In this document: positions 54,668 through 62,780 of the stretch, in pieces
Layout of the letters: every line of letters begins with the position of its first letter
How positions within the stretch are numbered: the stretch's first letter is position 1
Assembly (NCBI GenBank): GCA_903866625.1
Contig: CAIPOI010000005.1
Span: 127,178-191,177, forward strand
Direction: 5' to 3'
Source of the DNA: an uncultured archaeon
Lineage (GTDB): Archaea > Nanobdellota > Nanobdellia > Pacearchaeales > GW2011-AR1
Length of the DNA: 64,000 bases
Notes under the pieces: generated by a model
What the model was told of the DNA's origin: nothing
Database searches by the model: none
Seen by the model: only the letters and a program-made list of their open reading frames with translations
Translations under genes and position numbers: made by a program

Positions 54668-54685
54668 AGTTATTATTTTTATTGT

Positions 54686-55717
54686 ATGGGTTTACAGATA
54701 TCTGAGATTGTAACTAAAAAAGAGATAACTATTGAAAGTCTTAAAGGCAAGACTCTTGCAGTTGATGCGTTTAATGTTATCTATCAATTTCTTTCTACAA
54801 TTAGACAACCTGACGGAACTCCACTTCAGGATTCTAAAGGAAGAATAACTTCACATCTCTCTGGGCTTTTTTATAGAAATATATCTCTTCTTCAGGAAGG
54901 AATAAAATTAATTTATGTTTTTGATGGCAAGCCTCCTGAACTGAAAAAAGCAACTCGAGAAAAAAGAGAGGGGATTAAAGATGAAGCTCAAGAAAAATAT
55001 GAGCAAGCCAAAGAAAATGAAGATGTTGAAGGTATGGGAAAATATGCTCGACAAGTAGTTCATTTAGATAAAGAAAAAATTGAAGAGAGTAAACAGCTTC
55101 TTAGGGCGATGGGAATTGCGGTTGTGCAAGCTCCGAGTGAAGGGGAAGCTCAGGCAAGTTATATTACTAAAACAAATTCAGATGTTTATGCTATCGCTTC
55201 ACAGGATTATGATTGTTTATTATTTGAAGCTCCAAAACTTATTCAAAATCTTACGCTTGCTAAAAAAAGAAAAACAGTTTCTGGTTATGTTGAAGTAACT
55301 CCACAACTTATTGAATTAAGGGGGGTTCTTAAAGAACTTGAGATAAATCAAGAGCAGTTGATTTGTATAGGTATTTTATGCGGAACAGACTATAATCCTG
55401 GTGGAGTAAAAGGTATTGGCCAGAAAAAAGCGTTAAAATTTGTAAAAGAGCATAAAACTCCTGAAAAGATATTTGAAGCTCTTGATAAGCTAGTTGAAGA
55501 AGGAAAATATAAGGTTGAGTTTGATTGGAAAGAAATTTTTGAGTTGATGAAGAATCCAAGTGTGGATAAAACTCCTAAAATTGAGTTTGGGAAGTTTAGT
55601 TTTGATAAAGTGAAAGATATTATGATAAGCCACGATTTTTCTGAAGAAAGAATAAATTCGCAGTTTGAAAAAATTAGAGAATTAAATGAGCAGAAGAAGC
55701 AGAGGACTTTGTTTTAA
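54686..55717 (+). CDS. fen: flap endonuclease 1
   Basis: MGLQISEIV...LAVDAFNVIYQFLSTIR, QAPSEGEAQASY, SQDYDCLLF, GTDYNPGGVKGIG and a C-terminal PIP-like QKKQRTLF. Confidence 0.95.
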   Translation: MGLQISEIVTKKEITIESLKGKTLAVDAFNVIYQFLSTIRQPDGTPLQDSKGRITSHLSGLFYRNISLLQEGIKLIYVFDGKPPELKKATREKREGIKDEAQEKYEQAKENEDVEGMGKYARQVVHLDKEKIEESKQLLRAMGIAVVQAPSEGEAQASYITKTNSDVYAIASQDYDCLLFEAPKLIQNLTLAKKRKTVSGYVEVTPQLIELRGVLKELEINQEQLICIGILCGTDYNPGGVKGIGQKKALKFVKEHKTPEKIFEALDKLVEEGKYKVEFDWKEIFELMKNPSVDKTPKIEFGKFSFDKVKDIMISHDFSEERINSQFEKIRELNEQKKQRTLF

Positions 55718-55721
55718 TATA

Positions 55722-55946
55722 ATGACTAATTTTGAGCAAAAAATAATTTCTGGAATAGCAATAGTTTTAGCTTTATTCTTGCTTATATTTGTTGATAATT
55801 TTAAATCAACAGGTTTTGCTGTTGTTATGAGTCCTGAAGCAAACTTTAGTTTGGGACTTATTCTTTGGATAGTTCTTTTAGTTTTAGTTGGTGCTTGGGG
55901 TTATTTTGTTCTTAGAAGATATTTTGCGAGAATAGCAAGAAAGTGA
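55722..55946 (+). CDS. small membrane protein (74 aa from ATG 55722) with an STGFAV motif
   Basis: Two TM helices. KSTGFAVVMSPE follows the first helix. Confidence 0.4.
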   Translation: MTNFEQKIISGIAIVLALFLLIFVDNFKSTGFAVVMSPEANFSLGLILWIVLLVLVGAWGYFVLRRYFARIARK

Positions 55947-55949
55947 AGA

Positions 55950-55963
55950 AATATTTATAAACC
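55950..55963 (+). promoter_or_regulatory. promoter 14-mer AATATTTATAAACC (TATA-like), copy 1
   Basis: TATA core centre lies 25.5 nt upstream of ATG 55983. An identical 14-mer sits at 57563-57576. Confidence 0.45.
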
Positions 55964-55982
55964 CGTTATTCATAGGTTGTTT

Positions 55983-56711
55983 ATGAAAAAGAGCGGAAAG
56001 ATTTTAGGATTATTTTTGTTAAGCTTAGTTTTAGTTTCTATTTTAGCAAGTTTTGTTGGTGCTGAAGATTTGACAAGTAAGGCACAAGATGCTGGACAGA
56101 GTTTGGCTACAGGGGTTAAGGGTTTGGCTTCAGGTTTAATTTCTCCATTTTTACCGGGTTTATCTAATTTTACTGATTCTCAAATTTTCCAAGGATTGCT
56201 TTTATTTGTTTTACTATTTATAATAATTTATGATATAACTAGCTTTTTTTTCTCAGAAGGAAAAGTGACTAGATGGTTGGTTCCACTTATAATTTCTGCT
56301 CTATCTATCTTAGCTTTACCTAAGGATTTCTTAATCGCCATAGGAGATAGTTATGGTGCGATGGGCGCAGCAATACTCACAGTTATACCTTTTATAGCTT
56401 TACTTTTATTTACTGCTAGAATTAAAAGTAGATTAGTTGCAAAGATGTCTTGGGTATTTTTTGCAATCTATTATTTTGTGCTTTTACTTGCAGATTTATT
56501 GAATACTGCTACTCCTTCTAATACTCCCGCATATTTTGCGGCATTTCTTGTAGGGGTTGTAGCGTTCTTCGCTATCGGACCAATAAGAGATTTCTTATTA
56601 GCTCAGGAAAAGAAGGATATAGAAGAAAAAGGTGATGAGCTTGCTAATGAAGCTGAAGCTATTTATAAGCAACGCAAGAAAGAGATAAAAGCTATGAAGA
56701 ATGCTTCTTAA
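55983..56711 (+). CDS. polytopic membrane protein (paralog of 57596-58363)
   Basis: Signal-like N-terminus, about 6 TM helices, and a coiled C-terminal tail ending KAMKNAS. Confidence 0.5.
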   Translation: MKKSGKILGLFLLSLVLVSILASFVGAEDLTSKAQDAGQSLATGVKGLASGLISPFLPGLSNFTDSQIFQGLLLFVLLFIIIYDITSFFFSEGKVTRWLVPLIISALSILALPKDFLIAIGDSYGAMGAAILTVIPFIALLLFTARIKSRLVAKMSWVFFAIYYFVLLLADLLNTATPSNTPAYFAAFLVGVVAFFAIGPIRDFLLAQEKKDIEEKGDELANEAEAIYKQRKKEIKAMKNAS

Positions 56712-56761
56712 TTTTTAATTTTTCTAAAAAAACTTAAAAACCCAGAATACTTGTGATTTCT

Positions 56762-57556
56762 ATGAAATCTAAAAAGAAGGTTGAAGGCAAGAGTTCTAAA
56801 AATGTTAATAAGACTATTAATAAGAAAAAGTCTGATTGGAAATGCGTTTGGTGGTTGCTTGGAGTTATTGCTGTTTTTATTTTAGTTTTTATTATTGTTA
56901 AGTTTAGTTTTACAGGTTATGCTGTTAATCTTAATTTAAATCCTGAAACAATGAATCCTGATGATCCTCTCGGAACCGGATTTAATCCTGAAACTCTTCC
57001 TCAAACTCCTGAAGAGTGGAAGAATAAGTCTACTGATTATCTTAAGAGTGAATGGGTAAAGATACTTGGAAATAGCAAATATGGTTGGATATTTTTAGGC
57101 ATAAGAGATACCCTAATTAAACTAAACTTCTTTTGGAAGCCTGTTCTTGGAATGGAGTATAGTTTATCTTGGCTTTTTATTTTTGCTCTTGCTCTTTGGC
57201 TGATATTGTTCTTTATTATTTCAGACTTGGTTATTTTTATCTCAGATAAATCAATTATTCGAGGGGTTGCTGCGTTTTGTATAACCTCTCTTGCCGGAAC
57301 TTCTGGAATTATAAAAAAAGGGGCAGATATGTTAAGTTTTATTATAACTAATACGTGGTTGGCTTGGTTAGCTTTAATTATTGCTATTCTGATAATGTTT
57401 TTAATTATTAGACTTGGTGGTGGATTAAAAGAGTCAATGAAAAATGCTAAGGAGAAACAAGCTCAAGAAACTCTAGAGAAAGATAGAGCAGTTATTCATA
57501 CTGAAGCAAAGGTTGCAGGAAAGCAACTAGATGCTATAAAGAATGCTTCAAAATAA
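56762..57556 (+). CDS. membrane protein with an FTGYAV motif and a coiled C-terminal tail
   Basis: ATG 56762 sits 25 nt downstream of the TATA-like CTTAAAAACC (56733-56742). KFSFTGYAVNLNLNPE follows the first TM helix. The tail ends DAIKNASK. Confidence 0.5.
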   Translation: MKSKKKVEGKSSKNVNKTINKKKSDWKCVWWLLGVIAVFILVFIIVKFSFTGYAVNLNLNPETMNPDDPLGTGFNPETLPQTPEEWKNKSTDYLKSEWVKILGNSKYGWIFLGIRDTLIKLNFFWKPVLGMEYSLSWLFIFALALWLILFFIISDLVIFISDKSIIRGVAAFCITSLAGTSGIIKKGADMLSFIITNTWLAWLALIIAILIMFLIIRLGGGLKESMKNAKEKQAQETLEKDRAVIHTEAKVAGKQLDAIKNASK

Positions 57557-57562
57557 ACCAAT

Positions 57563-57576
57563 AATATTTATAAACC
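57563..57576 (+). promoter_or_regulatory. promoter 14-mer AATATTTATAAACC (TATA-like), copy 2
   Basis: TATA core centre lies 25.5 nt upstream of ATG 57596. Confidence 0.45.
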
Positions 57577-57595
57577 TCAGATATATTAGTAATCT

Positions 57596-58363
57596 ATGGA
57601 TAAAAAATTAGGTGTTATAACTTTAGTATTAAGCTTATTTTTGGTTTTGCCAATGGTTTTTGCTTTTAATCCTTTTTTAGATTTAAATCAAGGTGCTAGC
57701 AATGTCATTCAAATAATTAAGGATGTTTCAACACCTTTTTTCAGTGCCATTATAGGAGATTACGGAAGTGAATTTTTATTTGCTAAGATTTTGTTCTTAA
57801 TTTTAATATATACTATTTGTAACTTTGTTTTAAAGAAAACTGGACCTCTAAAAGATCAAAATGGACCTGCTTTTATTGTATCTGCAGTTATTGCTATTCT
57901 AGCAGTTAGATTTATTTCTGAAAATCAGTTAACAACAGGATTATTATTGCCTTACGCTGCCTTGGGTATGGTTTTTGGAGTTGGATTGCCTTTATTTGTA
58001 ATCTTTCTTGGACTTCACTTGGGCAATGTTCAGGGTTTTGGAAGAAGAATTACCTGGGTATTTGTTCTGGTAACTATGTTGGTTTTTGGATTTGCTAATA
58101 GCGATAAGATTCCGCCAACTATGGAAGGAATATTTTGGATAATGTTTGGCATAATTATAATCTTCTTAGTTTTTGATAAAGGAATACATGGATATTTTAA
58201 ATCTTGGGAGATAAATGCATTTTATAAGGGCGCAAATGAAAGAACTATTGCGGCTCTGCAAGCAGAATATCTTCATATTATTAATGTGAATAGTCCTCAA
58301 GCAGATAGTAGAAGACATGCGATTGAACATCAATTGAGAAGTCTTGGTGCTAATTTACCTTAA
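57596..58363 (+). CDS. polytopic membrane protein (paralog of 55983-56711)
   Basis: Same order of blocks as the 55983 gene (xPFxxxx..., IxSAxxxILA, YxAxG, PxF..., R..xWVF). Confidence 0.5.
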   Translation: MDKKLGVITLVLSLFLVLPMVFAFNPFLDLNQGASNVIQIIKDVSTPFFSAIIGDYGSEFLFAKILFLILIYTICNFVLKKTGPLKDQNGPAFIVSAVIAILAVRFISENQLTTGLLLPYAALGMVFGVGLPLFVIFLGLHLGNVQGFGRRITWVFVLVTMLVFGFANSDKIPPTMEGIFWIMFGIIIIFLVFDKGIHGYFKSWEINAFYKGANERTIAALQAEYLHIINVNSPQADSRRHAIEHQLRSLGANLP

Positions 58364-58425
58364 TAAGAATATTTTTTTATGCTTTAGCTAGTTGAATAAA
58401 ATCTAATGATTAATTAAACTTAAAA

Positions 58426-58674
58426 CTATTTAGTTTTTCTATAACCCACTACTTTTTTTCCAGATTTGTCGTATATAGGAACTTGTTCTTCTGCTTTTGC
58501 TGAAGAGCCTTGCATTACAAAGAATAAACCAAGAATAACTAAAACAACGCTGGCAATTAGAGTATATGTGTTTATTTTAGGTATTTCTTTTAAGAAGCTT
58601 ATAGTAGCTATTTTCTTGTATAATACTACTCCTGCAACCCCCACAAGGGATAGTATGTAGCCTAAAGATTTCAT
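58426..58674 (-). CDS. small membrane protein (82 aa, 2 TM helices)
   Basis: Two hydrophobic helices and a basic C-terminus. A TATA-like element lies about 24 nt upstream. Confidence 0.4.
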   Translation of the reverse strand: MKSLGYILSLVGVAGVVLYKKIATISFLKEIPKINTYTLIASVVLVILGLFFVMQGSSAKAEEQVPIYDKSGKKVVGYRKTK

Positions 58675-58852
58675 TTTTTTAGTTTCTTTTCCTCTTTTAT
58701 ATTTCTTTTAATAAGATAGTATTTAAATAGTTTTTCTTTTAGGCTTTTTATTGCTCGCCTTTGGCTCGCACATTGTTTTTTTGATATTTTTAAGAGGGTT
58801 TGATAAGTTAGAGTATAGTAACTATTAAAAACCAAACTTTACAATAATAATT

Positions 58853-59626
58853 ATGGCAAACTATGATATTCTTGGTGATATTGCAATTGTAAAGTTTAAT
58901 GAAGATATTTCTCAAGAGCAAAAAATTTCTAAGGCTCACGAACTTTTACAGAATAAATCTATAAAAACTGTGCTTGAAAAAGCTAATAAAGTTTCAGGAA
59001 GGCTGAGAACTATTAAAACAAACTTTCTTTTAGGCGAAAATAAAAAAGAAACTATCTATAAGGAGAGTAGTTGCTTATTTAAGTTGAATGTAGAGAGTTG
59101 TTATTTCTCGCCAAGATTAGCTAATGAAAGACTTGAGGTTGCTAAGCTTGTTTCTAAAAAGAAAAATTCTAATGTTTTAGTTATGTTTGCAGGTGTTTCT
59201 CCATTCTCAATTGTTATTGCTAAGAACTCTCACGCTAAAAAAATTATCAGTGTTGAACTTGGTAAGGAATGCAATAAATATGCTCGAGAAAATGTTTTGA
59301 AGAACAAAGTTGGCGATAGGGTGGAGATTATGCAGGGAGATGTTAATAGAGTTGTTCCTAAACTTGATGAGAAATTTGATTTTATTATTATGCCTCGGCC
59401 AAATCTAAAAGATAGTTTTCTTAAATCTGCGCTTTCCTGTGCAAAGAAAGGAACAATTATTGTTTATTATGGTTTTTCTCCTGAATCAAAGAAAGATGAT
59501 ATGATTGAGTGTTTGATTAAAGAAGCAAAGAAACTCAAAAGAAAAATAAAAATTCTGAAGGTTTTAGAAGCAGGAGATATTGCGCCTTATGAACATAGAT
59601 ATAGAGTTGAAATTAAGGTTTTATAA
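58853..59626 (+). CDS. trm5: tRNA (m1G37) methyltransferase Trm5/Taw22 family (Met-10+ like)
   Basis: YDILGDIAIVKF, CYFSPRLANERLEVAKLV, VMFAGVSPFSIVIAK (SAM-binding) and FIIMPRP. Confidence 0.8.
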   Translation: MANYDILGDIAIVKFNEDISQEQKISKAHELLQNKSIKTVLEKANKVSGRLRTIKTNFLLGENKKETIYKESSCLFKLNVESCYFSPRLANERLEVAKLVSKKKNSNVLVMFAGVSPFSIVIAKNSHAKKIISVELGKECNKYARENVLKNKVGDRVEIMQGDVNRVVPKLDEKFDFIIMPRPNLKDSFLKSALSCAKKGTIIVYYGFSPESKKDDMIECLIKEAKKLKRKIKILKVLEAGDIAPYEHRYRVEIKVL

Positions 59627-59630
59627 TTTT

Positions 59631-59942
59631 CTATAGATTTATACCATTAACCCTTAGCGGTCTCATTACTTCTATAGCACTTAGAGAATATTGTCTTGGA
59701 TCTAATCCTGAGCCTGCTCTTTTATATGCGTGAAGATAGTGTGCATATCTTTGTCTGTTTTCCATTAATGCATCCATTGCTCCTTCTGTTTGCATAAATA
59801 AGTTTATTCTTTCAACTAATTCCTCTCTTGTTGGAATTTTTGGCAAATCCTTCAACGATAAAAGATTTCTTTTTTTTAAATTACCTAGTTTTCTAACTAA
59901 AGATAAAAATCCTTGAGATTCTTGAACACCTGTAGCTGTCAT
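59631..59942 (-). CDS. hypothetical protein (103 aa)
   Basis: ATGA overlap with the upstream 86-aa ORF. About 38% GC on the line I counted. Confidence 0.4.
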   Translation of the reverse strand: MTATGVQESQGFLSLVRKLGNLKKRNLLSLKDLPKIPTREELVERINLFMQTEGAMDALMENRQRYAHYLHAYKRAGSGLDPRQYSLSAIEVMRPLRVNGINL

Positions 59943-60199
59943 CCTAAAAATGCCTCCAAATTTTTTACATCTAATAAAACTAAAAGTGAAGCTAAACTGG
60001 CTTCTGCTTCAGAAGTTACTTGTTTTGTTCTAAAGGCCCCATAAAGTATTCTAGCGTGTCTTTTTGCTTCAGAACTTTCTTGAAGTAAACTGCCTTGCTG
60101 TATTGGAAATATTAATTTAGTATATAATCCTGAATCATATACAGCTCCTGCTAGTTCACTATTTTTTATAGGGGTTATAGTTTGAATTTGTCCTATCAT
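59939..60199 (-). CDS. hypothetical protein (86 aa)
   Basis: Has its own TATA-like element about 25 nt upstream of ATG 60199. No family recognised. Confidence 0.4.
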   Translation of the reverse strand: MIGQIQTITPIKNSELAGAVYDSGLYTKLIFPIQQGSLLQESSEAKRHARILYGAFRTKQVTSEAEASLASLLVLLDVKNLEAFLG

Positions 60200-60307
60200 A
60201 TTTTAAACACCTCAAGAATTTTAAAAATCTTTAAATCTTCTTAAAATTATGGTGCAAGAATGGTTTTTAAAGCTTATGGTTTAGAAATCTTAACCTTATA
60301 TCTTTTA

Positions 60308-61624
60308 TTAAATCTCTTTTTTTGAACTTATTGCTGCAGGAGTTTCTCCACCATGCCAGGTAAATCTTGGTCTAACTCTAATAGGATAAATTCTCTCTGA
60401 ATTATCATCCAAGATTATAGCTGAACCTTTTGCACTTGGTAGCGTTGACATTTGTTTTGTTATGGATTCTAAGAGATAGGTTTGCATAATCATGTTAAGT
60501 GCTTCTATATCTGGCTGAGCAGTTAATCTGTGAGAAATAACTATATCTGATTGAGTCATAGCATCTCGATGAATGACTCCTGGTTGTTGGGTTGCCATAA
60601 CTAATGAAATTCCTGGTTGACGACCTTCTCTTAATATCTGTATTAATGCATCACTTGCTGCAGTTTTATCTTGATTTTCTTTGGGCAAGAATTCATGTGC
60701 TTCATCTATAAAAACCCAGACAACAGGATTATCTTTTTTACTCTTTTCATTTAGATAATCCATTCCTCTTTCAAGCGCTTGCATTTCTTCTTTTTTTCTT
60801 GCAAGCATTCTTTCACTAAATAATTTTTTGCAAACTAATCCTATTACTAAGGCACGCACATTAAAAGTTCCAATTGAAGAATAACAACTGGTATCTAATA
60901 CGCTTGAAACTCCTCCTTGAACGAGCTCTGAAACCTCTGTACCTTTTTCTCCACTTTTTGCAAAAATTCCCCAAGTATTTGCTGCTTCAAATAAAGCTAC
61001 TGCTGCTTCTTTAGTCTTATCATCGGTTTCATGGTATCTTATCTGTTGAACTATTTCTACAATCCCAAAATCTTTGTTTAACTCTTTTAGTTCTTTTATA
61101 ACTCTTTGAATTACTATAGCTATAGGGTCTGTAACTTTTAGATTAAACGTGATTATCCAATCTTCTGCTCCCAGCTCTGATGCTTTTAGAGCAAATTTTT
61201 TATCAACTGGAATGTTTCTTGATTGATATTCTTCATAATATCCATATGGAACCCAAATTGTTACAGGTAGGTTTTTTGGTTTTAAATCCCATTGTTGTAA
61301 TAATTCTAATTCTTTATCATTTTTGAATTTCATTGTCCAGAATATACCCATAGTATCAAAGATTAACGGAGCTATATTTTTTTTAGATTCTTCATCTAAA
61401 TCGCAGAGCTCTTCTGCAATTGCACCAAGAGTATAAGATTTTCCAGAACCCCTCTTACCTGCAACTAATATTACGTGGCTTCTTGCAATATCTAACCAGA
61501 TGTTATTCGAAAGAGAAGTATAGCTGCCCATAGTTACATAACCTTTTCCAATGTAAACTAAACCGCGATTTCCAAATTTTTTTATATCGCCTTTATCTCT
61601 GCCAATAATAATATCGTAGGGCAC
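60308..61624 (-). CDS. HerA/FtsK-superfamily (DUF87-type) P-loop ATPase
   Basis: HVILVAGKRGSGKSYTLG (Walker A), VWVFIDEAHEFLP (Walker B) and REGRQPGISLVMATQQPG. GTG start with GAGGT 9 nt upstream. Confidence 0.7.
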   Translation of the reverse strand: MPYDIIIGRDKGDIKKFGNRGLVYIGKGYVTMGSYTSLSNNIWLDIARSHVILVAGKRGSGKSYTLGAIAEELCDLDEESKKNIAPLIFDTMGIFWTMKFKNDKELELLQQWDLKPKNLPVTIWVPYGYYEEYQSRNIPVDKKFALKASELGAEDWIITFNLKVTDPIAIVIQRVIKELKELNKDFGIVEIVQQIRYHETDDKTKEAAVALFEAANTWGIFAKSGEKGTEVSELVQGGVSSVLDTSCYSSIGTFNVRALVIGLVCKKLFSERMLARKKEEMQALERGMDYLNEKSKKDNPVVWVFIDEAHEFLPKENQDKTAASDALIQILREGRQPGISLVMATQQPGVIHRDAMTQSDIVISHRLTAQPDIEALNMIMQTYLLESITKQMSTLPSAKGSAIILDDNSERIYPIRVRPRFTWHGGETPAAISSKKEI

Positions 61625-61740
61625 CTTGTTAATACCTCATTTCAAATTTTAAAGGTTCTTCGAGTTTTTAATTGTTTTTATTCAACTTTTCTGAAGTTAG
61701 AATTCATAAGGTTTTTAAATACTTAAATTATAAACAGATT

Positions 61741-62712
61741 ATGGTGGACATAGAAAAAGAGATAAAAAAAGAAGAAAAGAAGTTTGAGAAATTTTTTAAG
61801 AACAAGACAAATATTTGGATGATTGTTTCAGTTGCTCTTGCTGTTATTCTTGTTTTAAGCTTAGTTTTTCCACTTTCAATTTCAAAAAATAATGCTGGTC
61901 AAAAGGTTATAGACTTTGCAAATTCTCAGGGAGCAACAGTTACTGTTTCTAATGTAACCTCAAAAGGGTTATTATATGAAGTAACAATTTCTTACCAAGG
62001 ACAGAGTATACCTTTTTATGTTACTAAAGATGGAAAATATTTGGGACAGATGAGTGAGATTGCCCCTACAAAAAAAGCAAGCTCTTCAAGCTCTAGTTCT
62101 GGTGATGTTCCTAAAACAGACAAACCTACCTTAGATCTTTATGTATTTTCTTACTGCCCATATGGTATTCAATCGGAGAAAGCAGTTAGTCCTGTTTATG
62201 ATTTATTAAAAAATAAAGCAGATATTAATATTGTCTATATTGGTGCTATGCATGGCGAATATGAAAAGACAGAGTCATTAAGACAACTTTGTGTTCTTAA
62301 AAATTATGGAAAAGATAAATTCTGGCAATACCTTAATCAATTTAATGCAAACACTGCTATTGGAAATTGTAAGGGTTCAGATAGTTGTTTAAGTCCATTG
62401 TTGAATAATATCTATAGCACGCTTTCAATTGATTCAAGTAAAATTAATTCCTGTATGGCTAGTGATGCTGCTTCACTTTATTCTACTGATGGCAAACAAG
62501 CTTCAAGTTTGGGTATATCTGGAAGTCCAACTTGGGTTATAAACGGCGTTGAAAGTCAGGTGGGGAGAAGTCCTGAACAGGTTAAGCAAGCTATTTGTTC
62601 TGCTTTTACAAATGCTCCTAGTGAATGTTCGCAAACATTATCTACAAGTCAAGCTTCAGTTTCTTTTGGTTCTGGTTCTTCAAGTTCAAGCTCTGCTGCT
62701 AGTTGCGGATAA
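61741..62712 (+). CDS. membrane-anchored thioredoxin-fold (DsbA-like) protein with Ser-rich linkers (ATG 61741)
   Basis: TATA-like TTTTTAAATA (61712-61721) is centred 24.5 nt upstream of ATG 61741. One TM helix, then LDLYVFSYCPYGIQSE at the CxxC position, and GISGSPTWVING (a DsbA-like cis-Pro region). Confidence 0.5.
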   Translation: MVDIEKEIKKEEKKFEKFFKNKTNIWMIVSVALAVILVLSLVFPLSISKNNAGQKVIDFANSQGATVTVSNVTSKGLLYEVTISYQGQSIPFYVTKDGKYLGQMSEIAPTKKASSSSSSSGDVPKTDKPTLDLYVFSYCPYGIQSEKAVSPVYDLLKNKADINIVYIGAMHGEYEKTESLRQLCVLKNYGKDKFWQYLNQFNANTAIGNCKGSDSCLSPLLNNIYSTLSIDSSKINSCMASDAASLYSTDGKQASSLGISGSPTWVINGVESQVGRSPEQVKQAICSAFTNAPSECSQTLSTSQASVSFGSGSSSSSSAASCG

Positions 62713-62780
62713 AGATTTTTATATAGCTTTTACTAGCTTGTGTTAATATTCTAAGAAATAAATATCCTATTTGGTTTTAT

